A model generated the notes under the pieces. It worked only from the letters and a program-made list of their open reading frames with translations. It was not told the DNA's origin and made no database searches. Of a DNA stretch of 64,000 nt, positions 63,675 through 64,000 are shown piece after piece. Both the position numbers and the translations under genes were made by a program. Each line of letters begins with the position of its first letter. The first letter of the stretch is position 1. Source of the stretch: Lepidodermella squamata (taxonomy: Eukaryota; Animalia; Gastrotricha); the NCBI GenBank assembly GCA_047495785.1, contig JBLDXI010000007.1, forward strand, positions 2,666,001 through 2,730,000, written 5' to 3'.

Positions 63675-64000
63675 CTCATCTTTCGCATGCTAATGCCATT
63701 TAATTTATTGCAAAACTGCGATTAAAAAATCAGTGAAAGATAGTTAGAACGACTTAGCTTTTGGAAGTGTTATCGTTGCGGATGAGTGCGGAGCAAATCG
63801 GCATTTACTAAGAATAATTGCGAAGCTGCTCGTGATTCTTGAAAATAGCTAGTATTTTTCGAGGGAAATAACGCAATCTCGGGAGCGTCATTTCGTCTTC
63901 TGGCATGTAGAATGACGGTGGGAGTTTCAAAGTTGGTGGGTAGTCAATAAAATAACGGTTTAAGTGCGATTCATCGTGTACTCGAGCAATTATATTTCTG

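Overview
Eukaryotic (animal) genomic DNA with compact genes and many ~46-67 nt GT-AG introns, so the ORF track splits most genes. The main feature is four paralogous genes (one on - at 7.5-13.2 kb, three in tandem on + at 37.9-57.1 kb). Each splices into a ~1850-2000 aa protein: signal peptide, four LamG/pentraxin-like repeats, two L-type-lectin-like domains, a Ser/Thr stalk, then a complete Cys-loop pentameric ligand-gated ion channel. These channels lack the usual amine-binding aromatic residues, and three carry a furin site. Between the two channel loci lies a nine-member family of ~220-aa secreted 18-Cys proteins, arranged as four head-to-head A/B pairs plus one orphan B, and a stand-alone single-LamG gene. 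The window also holds a gustatory-receptor-like gene, a variant tRNA-Leu(TAG), two secreted low-complexity proteins (G/Q-rich and N/G/Y-rich), a clan-3 cytochrome P450, a hydroxylysine-kinase-like gene, three ankyrin genes, two small 4-Cys secreted paralogues, a CR1-like LINE fragment and several MITEs. Gene models were spliced and domain calls made by eye from motifs; no database searches were run.
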